From Paragordius varius (taxonomy: Eukaryota; Animalia; Nematomorpha): a DNA stretch of 64,000 bases. The stretch's first letter is position 1, and each line of letters starts with the position of its first letter. Below the pieces are notes generated by a model. It ran no database searches, was not told the DNA's origin, and worked only from the letters and a program-made list of their open reading frames with translations. Positions 41,062 to 54,500 of this stretch are shown here, in pieces. Where the stretch lies: the NCBI GenBank assembly GCA_964247055.1, contig OZ176054.1:62001-126000 (forward strand), in the 5' to 3' direction. Position numbers and translations under genes: made by a program.

Positions 41062-44000
41062 ATGGCTACCTAGAATCCAAATTTGATCAGGTGATGTCGC
41101 CATAATTTTTTTTGGGTAGCCCTATGGTAGTTCCATCATCACCCCAAATATTTTCGAGATCGGAGTATAAATGTAATTTTTATGAATTTTTTAAATATTT
41201 AAAAAATTTATTTTATACGATTTTAAAAATAAAAATGGCTACCTAAAATCCAAATTTGATCAGGTGATGTCACCATAATTCTTTTGGGTAGCCCTATGGT
41301 AGTTCCATCATAACCCCAAATATTTTTGAGATCGGAGTATAAATGTAATTTTTATGAATTTTTTAAATATTTAAAAAATTTATTTTATACGATTTTAAAA
41401 ATAAAAATGGCTACCTAAAATCCAAATTTGATCAGGTGATGTCACTATAATTTTTTTGGGTAGCCCTATGGTAGTTCCATCATCACCCCAAATATTTTGG
41501 GGATCGGACTATAAATGTAATTTTTATGAATTTTTTAAATATTTAAAAAATTTATTTTATACGATTTAAAAAATAAAAATGGCTACCTAAAATCCAAATT
41601 TGATCAGGTGATGTCGCCATAATTTTTTTTGGGTAGCCCTATGGTAGTTCCATCATAACCCCAAATATTTTTGAGATCGGACTTTAAATGTAAATTTTAT
41701 GAATTTTTAAAATATTTAAAAAATTTATTTTATACGATTTTAAAAATAAAAATGGCTACCTAAAATCCAAATTTGATCAGGTGATGTCACCATAATTCTT
41801 TTGGGTAGCCCTATGGTAGTTCCATCATCACCCCAAATATTTTCGAGATCGGAGTATAAATGTAATTTTTATGAATTTTTTAAATATTTAAAAAATTTAT
41901 TTTATACGATTTTAAAAATAAAAATGGCTACCTAAAATCCAAATTTGATCAGGTGATATCGCCATAATTTTTTTTGGGTAGCCCTATGGTAGTTCCATCA
42001 TCACACCAAATATTTTCGAGATCGGAGTAAAATGTAATTTTTATGAATTTTTTAAATATTTAATAAATTTATTTTATACGATTTTAAAAATAAAAATGGC
42101 TACCTAAAATCCAAATTTGATCAGGTGATGTCACTATAATTTTTTTGGGTAGCCCTATGGTAGTTCCATAATCACCCCAAATATTTTGGGGATCGGACTA
42201 TAAATGTAATTTTTATGAATTTTTTAAATATTTAAAAAATTTATTTTATACGATTTTAAAAATAAAAATGGCTACCTAAAATCCAAATTTGATCAGGTGA
42301 TGTCACCATAATTTTTTTTGGGTAGCCCTATGGTAGTTCCATTATCACCCCAAATATTTTCGAGATCGGAGTATAAATGTAATTTTTATGAATTTTTTAA
42401 ATATTTATAAAATTTATTTTATGCGATTTTAAAAATAAAAATGGCTACCTAAAATCCAAATTTGATCAGGTGATGTCGCCATAATTTTTTTTGGGTAGCC
42501 CTATGGTAGTTCCATCATCACCCCAAATATTTTCGAGATCGGAGTATAAATGTAATTTTTATGAATTTTTTAAATATTTAAAAAATTTATTTTATACGAT
42601 TTTAAAAATAAAAATGGCTACCTAAAATCCAAATTTGATCAGGTGATGTCACCATAATTCTTTTGGGTAGCCCTATGGTAGTTCCATCATCACCCCATAT
42701 ATTTTCGAGATCGGAGTATAAATGTAATTTTTATGAATTTTTTAAATATTTAAAAAATTTATTTTATACGATTTTAAAAATAAAAATGGCTACCTAAAAT
42801 CCAAATTTGATCAGGTGATGTCACTATAATTTTTTTGGGTAGCCCTATGGTAGTTCCATCATCACCCCAAATATTTTGGGGATCGGACTATAAATGTAAT
42901 TTTTATGAATTTTTTAAATATTTAAAAAATTTATTTTATACGATTTAAAAAATAAAAATGGCTACCTAAAATCCAAATTTGATCAGGTGATGTCGCCATA
43001 ATTTTTTTTGGGTAGCCCTATGGTAGTTCCATCATAACCCCAAATATTTTTGAGATCGGACTTTAAATGTAAATTTTATGAATTTTTAAAATATTTAAAA
43101 AATTTATTTTACACGATTTTAAAAATAAAAATGGCTACCTAAAATCCAAATTTGATCAGGTGATGTCACTATAATTTTTTTGGGTAGCCCTATGGTAGTT
43201 CCATCATCACCCCAAATATTTTGGGGATCGGACTATAAATGTAATTTTTATGAATTTTTTAAATATTTAAAAAATTTATTTTATACGATTTAAAAAATAA
43301 AAATGGCTACCTAAAATCCAAATTTGATCAGGTGATGTCGCCATAATTTTTTTTGGGTAGCCCTATGGTAGTTCCATCATAACCCCAAATATTTTTGAGA
43401 TCGGACTTTAAATGTAAATTTTATGAATTTTTAAAATATTTAAAAAATTTATTTTACACGATTTTAAAAATAAAAATGGCTACCTAAAATCCAAATTTGA
43501 TCAGGTGATGTCACTATAATTTTTTTGGGTAGCCCTATGGTAGTTCCATCATCACCCCAAATATTTTGGGGATCGGACTATAAATGTAATTTTTATGAAT
43601 TTTTTAAATATTTAAAAAATTTATTTTATACGATTTTAAAAATAAAAATGGCTACCTAAAATCCAAATTTGATCAGGTGATGTCACCATAATTTTTGTTG
43701 GGTAGCCCTATGGTAGTTCCATTATCACCCCAAATATTTTCGAGATCGGAGTATAAATGTAATTTTTATGAATTTTTTCAATATTTAAAAAATTTATTTT
43801 ATGCGATTTTAAAAATAAAAATGGCTACCTAAAATCCAAATTTGATCAGGTGATGTCGCCATAATTTTTTTTGGGTAGCCCTATGGTAGTTCCATCATCA
43901 CCCCAAATATTTTCGAGATCGGAGTATAAATGTAATTTTTATGAATTTTTTAAATATTTAAAAAATTTATTTTATACGATTTTAAAAATAAAAATGGCTA

Positions 44001-46234
44001 CCTAAAATCCAAATTTGATCAGGTGATGTCACTATAATTTTTTTGGGTAGCCCTATGGTAGTTCCATCATCACCCCAAATATTTTCGAGATCGGAGTATA
44101 AATGTAATTTTTATGAATTTTTTAAATATTTAAAAAATTTATTTTATACGATTTTAAAAATAAAAATGGCTACCTAAAATCCAAATTTGATCAGGTGATG
44201 TCACCATAATTCTTTTGGGTAGCCCTATGGTAGTTCCATCATCACCCCAAATATTTTCGAGATCGGAGTATAAATGTAATTTTTATGAATTTTTTAAATA
44301 TTTAAAAAATTTATTTTATACGATTTTAAAAATAAAAATGGCTACCTAAAATCCAAATTTGATCAGGTGATGTCACTATAATTTTTTTGGCTAGCCCTAT
44401 GGTAGTTCCATCATCACCCCAAATATTTTGGGGATCGGACTATAAATGTAATTTTTATGAATTTTTTAAATATTTAAAAAATTTATTTTATACGATTTAA
44501 AAAATAAAAATGGCTACCTAAAATCCAAATTTGATCAGGTGATGTCGCCATAATTTTTTTTGGGTAGCCCTATGGTAGTTCCATCATAACCCCAAATATT
44601 TTTGAGATCGGACTTTAAATGTAAATTTTATGAATTTTTAAAATATTTAAAAAATTTATTTTATACGATTTTAAAAATAAAAATGGCTACCTAAAATCCA
44701 AATTTGATCAGGTGATGTCGCCATAATTTTTTTTGGGTAGCCCTATGGTAGTTCCATCATAACCCCAAATATTTTTGAGATCGGACTTTAAATGTAAATT
44801 TTATGAATTTTTAAAATATTTAAAAAATTTATTTTATACGATTTTAAAAATAAAAATGGCTACCTAAAATCCAAATTTGATCAGGTGATGTCACCATAAT
44901 TCTTTTGGGTAGCCCTATGGTAGTTCCATCATCACCCCAAATATTTTGGGGATCGGACTATAAATGTAATTTTTATGAATTTTTTAAATATTTAAAAAAT
45001 TTATTTTATACGATTTTAAAAATAAAAATGGCTACCTAAAATCCAAATTTGATCAGGTGATGTCACCATAATTCTTTTGGGTAGCCCTATGGTAGTTCCA
45101 TCATCACCCCAAATATTTTCGAGATCGGAGTATAAATGTAATTTTTATGAATTTTTTAAATATTTAAAAAATTTATTTTATACGATTTTAAAAATAAAAA
45201 TGGCTACCTAAAATCCAAATTTGATCAGGTGATGTCACTATAATTTTTTTGGGTAGCCCTATGGTAGTTCCATCATCACCCCAAATACTTTGGGGATCGG
45301 ACTATAAATGTAATTTTTATGAATTTTTTAAATATTTAAAAAATTTATTTTATACGATTTTAAAAATAAAAATGGCTACCTAAAATCCAAATTTGATCAG
45401 GTGATGTCGCCATAATTTTTTTTGGGTAGCCCTATGGTAGTTCTATCATCACCCCAAATATTTTCGAGATCGGAGTATAAATGTAATTTTTATGAATTTT
45501 TTAAATATTTAAAAAATTTATTTTATACGATTTTAAAAATAAAAATGGCTACCTAAAATCCAAATTTGATCAGGTGATGTCACTATAATTTTTTTGGGTA
45601 GCCCTATGATAGTTCCATCATCACCCCAAATATTTTGGGGATCGGACTATAAATGTAATTTTTATGAATTTTTTAAATATTTAAAAAATTTATTTTATAC
45701 GATTTTAAAAATAAAAATGGCTACCTAAAATCCAAATTTGATCAGGTGATGTCACTATAATTTTTTTGGGTAGCCCTATGGTAGTTCCATCATCACCCCA
45801 AATATTTTGGGGATCGGACTATAAATGTAATTTTTATGAATTTTTTAAATATTTAAAAAATTTATTTTATACGATTTTAAAAATAAAAATGGCTACCTAA
45901 AATCCAAATTTGATCAGGTGATGTCACCATAATTTATTTTGGGTAGCCCTATGGTAGTTCCATTATCACCCCAAATATTTTCGAGATCGGAGTATAAATG
46001 TAATTTTTATGAATTTTTTAAATATTTAAAAAATTTATTTTATGCGATTTTAAAAATAAAAATGGCTACCTAAAATCCAAATTTGATCAGGTGATGTCGC
46101 CATAATTTTTTTTGGGTAGCCCTATGGTAGTTCCATCATCACCCCAAATATTTTCGAGATCGGAGTATAAATGTAATTTTTATGAATTTTTTAAATATTT
46201 AAAAAATTTATTTTATACGATTTTAAAAATAAAA

Positions 46235-49200
46235 ATGGCTACCTAAAATCCAAATTTGATCAGGTGATGTCACCATAATTCTTTTGGGTAGCCCTATGGT
46301 AGTTCCATCATCACCCCAAATATTTTCGAGATCGGAGTATAAATGTAATTTTTATGAATTTTTTAAATATTTAAAAAATTTATTTTATACGATTTTAAAA
46401 ATAAAAATGGCTACCTAAAATCCAAATTTGATCAGGTGATGTCGCCATAATTTTTTTGGGTAGCCCTATGGTAGTTCCATCATCACCCCAAATATTTTGG
46501 GGATCGGACTATAAATGTAATTTTTATGAATTTTTTAAATATTTAAAAAATTTATTTTATACGATTTTAAAAATAAAAATGGCTACCTAAAATCCAAATT
46601 TGATCAGGTGATGTCACTATAATTTTTTTGGGTAGCCCTATGGTAGTTCCATCATCACCCCAAATATTTTGGGGATCGGACTATAAATGTAATTTTTATG
46701 AATTTTTTAAATATTTAAAAAATTTATTTTATACGATTTTAAAAATAAAAATGGCTACCTAAAATCCAAATTTGATCAGGTGATGTCACCATAATTTTTT
46801 TTGGTAGCCCTATGGTAGTTCCATCATCACCCCAAATATTTTCGAGATCGGAGTATAAATGTAATTTTTATGAATTTTTTAAATATTTAAAAAATTTATT
46901 TTATACGATTTTAAAAATAAAAATGGCTACCTAAAATCCAAATTTGATCAGGTGATGTCGCCATAACTTTTTTTGGGTAGCCCTATGGTAGTTCCATCAT
47001 CACCCCAAATATTTTCGAGATCGGAGTATAAATGTAATTTTTATGAATTTTTTAAATATTTAAAAAATTTATTTTATACGATTTTAAAAATAAAAATGGC
47101 TACCTAAAATCCAAATTTGATCAGGTGATGTCACTATAATTTTTTTGGGTAGCCCTATGGTAGTTCCATCATCACCCCAAATATTTTGGGGATCGGACTA
47201 TAAATGTAATTTTTATGAATTTTTTAAATATTTAAAAAATTTATTTTATACGATTTTAAAAATAAAAATGGCTACCTAAAATCCAAATTTGATCAGGTGA
47301 TGTCACCATAATTTTTTTTGGGTAGCCCTATGGTAGTTCCATCATCACCCCAAATATCGAGATCGGAGTATAAATGTAATTTTTATGAATTTTTTAAATA
47401 TTTAAAAAATTTATTTTATACGATTTTAAAAATAAAAATGGCTACCTAAAATCCAAATTTGATCAGGTGATGTCGCCATAATTTTTTTGGGTAGCCCTAT
47501 GGTAGTTCCATCATCACCCCAAATATTTTGGAGATCGGGCTATAAATGTAATTTTTATGAATTTTTTAAATATTTAAAAAATTTATTTTATACGATTTTA
47601 AAAATAAAAATGGCTACCTAAAATCCAAATTTGATCAGGTGATGTCACCATAATTTTTTTTGGGTAAACCTATGGTAGTTCCATCATCACCCCAAATATT
47701 TTTGAGATCGGGCTATAAATCTAATTTTTATGAATTTTTTAAATATTTAAAAAATTTATTTTATACGATTTTAAAAATAAAAATGGCTACCTAAAATCCA
47801 AATTTGATCAGGTGATATCGCCATAATTTTTTTTGGGTAGCCCTATGGTAGTTCCATCCTCACCCCAAATATTTTGGAGATCGGGCTATAAATGTAATTT
47901 TTATGAATTTTTTAAATATTTAAAAAATTTATTTTATACGATTTTAAAAATAAAAATGGCTACCTAAAATACAAATTTGATCCGGTTATGTCACCATAAT
48001 TTTTTTTGGGTAGCCCTATGGTAGTTCCATCATCACCCTAAATATTTTTGAGATACTATAAATGTAATTTTTATAAATTTTTTAAATATAAAAAAAATTT
48101 ATTTTATACGATTTTAAATATAAAAATGGCTACCTAAAATCCAAATTTGATCAGGTGATGTCGCCATAATTTTTTTTGGGTAGCCCTATGGTAGTTCCAT
48201 CATCACCCCAAATATTTTTGAGATCGGACTATAAATGAAATTTTTATGAATTTTTTAAATATTTAAAAAATTTATTTTATACGATTTTAAAAATAAAAAT
48301 GGCTACCTAAAATCCAAATTTGATCAGGTGATGTCACCATAATTCTTTTGGGTAGCCCTATGGTAGTTCCATCATCACCCCAAATATTTTCGAGATCGGA
48401 GTATAAATGTAATTTTTATGAATTTTTTAAATATTTAAAAAATTTATTTTATACGATTTTAAAAATAAAAATGGCTACCTAAAATCCAAATTTGATCAGG
48501 TGATGTCGCCATAATTTTTTTGGGTAGCCCTATGGTAGTTCCATCATCACCCCAAATATTTTGGGGATCGGACTATAAATGTAATTTTTATGAATTTTTT
48601 AAATATTTAAAAAATTTATTTTATACGATTTTAAAAATAAAAATGGCTACCTAAAATCCAAATTTGATCAGGTGATGTCACTATAATTTTTTTGGGTAGC
48701 CCTATGGTAGTTACATCATCACCCCAAATATTTTGGGGATCGGACTATAAATGTAATTTTTATGAATTTTTTAAATATTTAAAAAATATATTTTATACGA
48801 TTTTAAAAATAAAAATTTCTACCTAAAATCCAAATTTGATCAGGTGATGTCACCATAATTTTTTTTGGTAGCCCTATGGTAGTTCCATCATCACCCCAAA
48901 TATTTTCGAGATCGGAGTATAAATGTAATTTTTATGAATTTTTTAAATATTTAAAAAATTTATTTTATACGATTTTAAAAATAAAAATGGCTACCTAAAA
49001 TCCAAATTTGATCACGTGATGTCGCCATAACTTTTTTTGGGTAGCCCTATGGTAGTTCCATCATCACCCCAAATATTTTCGAGATCGGAGTATAAATGTA
49101 ATTTTTATGAATTTTTTAAATATTTAAAAAATTTATTTTATACGATTTTAAAAATAAAAATGGCTACCTAAAATCCAAATTTGATCAGGTGATGTCACTA

Positions 49201-50362
49201 TAATTTTTTTGGGTAGCCCTATGGTAGTTCCATCATCACCCCAAATATTTTGGGGATCGGACTATAAATGTAATTTTTATGAATTTTTTAAATATTTAAA
49301 AAATTTATTTTATACGATTTTAAAAATAAAAATGGCTACCTAAAATCCAAATTTGATCAGGTGATGTCACCATAATTTTTTTTGGGTAGCCCTATGGTAG
49401 TTCCATCATCACCCCAAATATCGAGATCGGAGTATAAATGTAATTTTTATGAATTTTTTAAATATTTAAAAAATTTATTTTATACGATTTTAAAAATAAA
49501 AATGGCTACCTAAAATCCAAATTTGATCAGGTGATGTCGCCATAATTTTTTTGGGTAGCCCTATGGTAGTTCCATCATCACCCCAAATATTTTGGAGATC
49601 GGGCTATAAATGTAATTTTTATGAATTTTTTAAATATTTAAAAAATTTATTTTATACGATTTTAAAAATAAAAATGGCTACCTAAAATCCAAATTTGATG
49701 TGGTGATGTCACCATAATTTTTTTTGGGTAAACCTATGGTAGTTCCATCATCACCCCAAATATTTTTGAGATCGGAGTATAAATCTAATTTTTATGAATT
49801 TTTTAAATATTTAAAAAATTTATTTTATACGATTTTAAAAATAAAAATGGCTACCTAAAATCCAAATTTGATCAGGTGATATCGCCATAATTTTTTTTGG
49901 GTAGCCCTATGGTAGTTCCATCCTCACCTTAAATATTTTTGAGATCGGGCTATAAATGTAATTTTTATGAATTTTTTAAATATTTAAAAAATTTATTTTA
50001 TACGATTTTAAAAATAAAAATGGCTACCTAAAATACAAATTTGATCCGGTTATGTCACCATAATTTTTTTTGGGTAGCCCTATGGTAGTTCCATCATCAC
50101 CCTAAATATTTTTGAGGGACTATAAATGTAATTTTTATAAATTTTTTAAATATAAAAAAAATTTATTTTATACGATTTTAAATATAAAAATGGCTACCTA
50201 AAATCCAAATTTGATCAGGTGATGTCGCCATAATTTTTTTTGGGTAGCCCTATGGTAGTTCCATCATCACCCCAAATATTTTTGAGATCGGACTATAAAT
50301 GAAATTTTTATGAATTTTTTAAATATTTAAAAAATTTATTTTATACGATTTTAAAAATAAAA
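46235..50362 (+). repeat. 12-monomer higher-order repeat, tandem copies 3 and 4 (period 2064 bp)
   Basis: Anchors at 46235, 48299 and 50363; ATATCGAG deletion monomers at 47268 and 49332. Confidence 0.9.
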
Positions 50363-51566
50363 ATGGCTACCTAAAATCCAAATTTGATCAGGTGATGTCA
50401 CCATAATTTTTTTTGGTAGCCCTATGGTAGTTCCATCATCACCCCAAATATTTTCGAGATCGGGCTATAAATGTAATTTTTATGAATTTTTTAAATATTT
50501 AAAAAATTTATTTTATACGATTTTAAAAATAAAAATGGCTACCTAAAATCCAAATTTGATCAGGTGATGTCACCATAATTTTTTTTGGGTAAACCTATGG
50601 TAGTTCCATCATCACCCCAAATATTTTTGAGATCGGGCTATAAATGTAATTTTTATGAATTTTTTAAATATTTAAAAAATTTATTTTATACGATTTTAAA
50701 AATAAAAATGGCTACCTAAAATCCAAATTTGATCAGGTGATGTCACCATAATTTTTTTTGGTAGCCCTATGGTAGTTCCATCATCACCCCAAATATTTTC
50801 GAGATCGGGCTATAAATGTAATTTTTATGAATTTTTTAAATATTTAAAAAATTTATTTTATACGATTTTAAAAATAAAAATGGCTACCTAAAATCCAAAT
50901 TTGATCAGGTGATGTCACCATAATTTTTTTTGGGTAAACCTATGGTAGTTCCATCATCACCCCAAATATTTTTGAGATCGGGCTATAAATGTAATTTTTA
51001 TGAATTTTTTAAATATTTAAAAAATTTATTTTATACGATTTTAAAAATAAAAATGGCTACCTAAAATCCAAATTTGATCAGGTGATATCGCCATAATTTT
51101 TTTTGGGTAGCCCTATGGTAGTTCCATCATCCCCCAAATATTTTTGAGATCGGGCTATAAATGTAATTTTTATGAATTTTTTAAATATTTAAAAAATTTA
51201 TTTTATACGATTTTAAAAATAAAAATGGCTACCTAAAATCCAAATTTGATCCGGTTATGTCACCATAATTTTTTTTGGGTAGCCCTATGGTAGTTCCATC
51301 ATCACCCTAAATATTTTTGAGGGACTATAAATGTAATTTTTATAAATTTTTTAAATATAAAAAAAATTTATTTTATACGATTTTAAATATAAAAATGGCT
51401 ACCTAAAATCCAAATTTGATCAGGTGATGTCGCCATAATTTTTTTTGAGTAGCCCTATGGTAGTTCCATCATCCCCCAAATATTTTTGAGATCGGAGTAT
51501 AAATGTAATTTTTTTGAATTTTTTAAATATTTAAAAAATTTATTTTATACGATTTTAAAAATAAAA

Positions 51567-54500
51567 ATGGCTACCTAAAATCCAAATTTGATCAGGTGAT
51601 GTCACCATAATTTTTTTTGGGTAGCCCTATAGTAGTTCCATCATCACCCCAAATATTTTCGAGATCGGAGTATAAATGTAATTTTTATGAATTTTTTAAA
51701 TATTTAAAAAATTTATTTTAGACGATTTTAAAAATAAAAATGGCTACCTAAAATCCAAATTTGATCAAGTGATGTCACTATAATTTTTTTGGGTAGCCCT
51801 ATGGTAGTTCCATCATCACCCCAAATATTTTCGAGATCGGAGTATAAATGTAATTTTTATGAATTTTTTAAATATTTAAAAAATTTATTTTATACGATTT
51901 TAAAAATAAAAATGGCTACCTAAAATCCAAATTTGATCAGGTGATGTCACCATAATTTTTTTTGGGTAGCCCTATGGTAGTTCCATCATCACCCCAAATA
52001 TTTTCGAGATCGGAGTATAAATGTAATTTTTATGAATTTTTTAAATATTTAAAAAATTTATTTTATACGATTTTAAAAATAAAAATGGCTACCTAAAATC
52101 CAAATTTGATCAAGTGATGTCACTATAATTTTTTTGGGTAGCCCTATGGTAGTTCCATCATCACCCCAAATACTTTGGGGATCGGACTATAAATGTAATT
52201 TTTATGAATTTTTTAAATATTTAAAAAATTTATTTTATACGATTTTAAAAATAAAAATGGCTACCTAAAATCCAAATTTGATCAGGTGATGTCACCATAA
52301 TTTTTTTTGGGTAGCCCTATGGTAGTTCCATCATCACCCCAAATATTTTCGAGATCGGAGTATAAATGTAATTTTTATGAATTTTTTAAATATTTAAAAA
52401 ATTTATTTTATACGATTTTAAAAATAAAAATGGCTACCTAAAATCCAAATTTGATCAGGTGATGTCACTATAATTTTTTTGGGTAGCCCTATGGTAGTTC
52501 CATCATCACTCCAAATATTTTCGAGATCGGAGTATAAATGTAATTTTTATGAATTTTTTAAATATTTAAAAAATTTATTTTAGACGATTTTAAAAATAAA
52601 AATGGCTACCTAAAATCCAAATTTGATCAGGTGATGTCACTATAATTTTTTTGGGTAGCGCTATGGTAGTTCCATCATCACCCCAAATACTTTGGGGATC
52701 GGACTATAAATGTAATTATGAATTTTTTAAATATTTAAAAAATTTATTTTATACGATTTTAAAAATAAAAATGGCTACCTAAAATCCAAATTTGATCAGG
52801 TGATGTCGCCATAATTTTTTTGGGTAGCCCTATGGTAGTTCCATCATCACCCCAAATATTTTGGAGATCGGGCTATAAATGTAATTTTTATGAATTTTTT
52901 AAATATTTAAAAAATTTATTTTATACGATTTTAAAAATAAAAATGGCTACCTAAAATCCAAATTTGATCAGGTGATGTCACCATAATTTTTTTTGGGTAG
53001 CCCTATGGTAGTTCCATCATCACCCCAAATATTGTCGAGATCGGAGTATAAATGTAATTTTTTTGAATTTTTTAAATATTTAAAAAATTTATTTTATACG
53101 ATTTTAAAAATAAAAATGGCTATCTAAAATCCAAATTTTATCAGGTGATGTCGCCATAATTTTTTTTGGGTAGCCCTATGGTAGTTCCATCATCACCCCA
53201 AATATTTTGGGGATCGGACTATAAATGTAATTTTTATGAAGTTTTTAAATATTTAAAAAATTTATTTTATACGATTTTAAAAATAAAAATGGCTACCTAA
53301 AATCCAAATTTGATCAGGTGATGTCGCCATAATTTTTTTTGGGTAGCCCTATGGTAGTTCCATCATAACCCCAAATATTTTTGAGATCGGACTTTAAATG
53401 TAATTTGTATGAATTTTATAAATATTTAAAAAATTTATTTTATACGATTTTAAAAATAAAAATGGCTACCTAAAATCCAAATTTGATCAGGTCGCCATAA
53501 TTTTTTTTGGGTAGCCCTATGGTAGTTCCATCATAACCCCAAATATTTTTGAGATCGGACTTTAAATGTAATTTTTATGAATTTTTTAAATATTTAAAAA
53601 ATTTATTTTATACGATTTTAAAAATAAAAATGGCTACCTAAAATCCAAATTTGATCAGGTGATGTCACCATAATTTTTTTTGGGTAGCCCTATGGTAGTT
53701 CCATCATCACCCCAAATATTTTCGAGATCGGAGTATAAATGTAATTTTTATGAATTTTTAAATATTTAAAAAATTTATTTTATACGAATTTAAAAATAAA
53801 AATGGCTACCTAAAATCCAAATTTGATCAGGTGATGTCACCATAATTTTTTTTGGGTAGCCCTATGGTAGTTCCATCATCACCCCAAATATTTTCGAGAT
53901 CGGAGTAAAAATGTAATTTTTATGAATTTTTTAAATATTTAAAAAATTTATTTTATACGATTTTAAAAATAAAAATGGCTACCTAAAATCCAAATTTGAT
54001 CAGGTGATGTCGCCATAATTTTTTTTGCGTAGCCCTATGGTAGTTCCATCATCACCCCAAATATTGTCGAGATCGGAGTATAAATGTAATTTTTTTGAAT
54101 TTTTTAAATATTTAAAAAATTTATTTTATACGATTTTAAAAATAAAAATGGCTACCTAAAATCCAAATTTGATCAGGTGATGTCACCATAATTTTTTTTG
54201 GGTAGCCCTATGGTAGTTCCATCATCACCCCAAATATTTTCGAGATCGGAGTATAAATGTAATTTTTATGAATTTTTAAATATTTAAAAAATTTATTTTA
54301 TACGATTTTAAAAATAAAAATGGCTACCTAAAATCCAAATTTGATCAGGTGATGTCACCATAATTTTTTTTGGGTAGCCCTATGGTAGTTCCATCATCAC
54401 CCCAAATATTTTGGGGATCGGACTATAAATGTAATTTTTATGAATTTTTTAAATATTTAAAAAATTTATTTTATACGATTTTAAAAATAAAAATGGCTAC

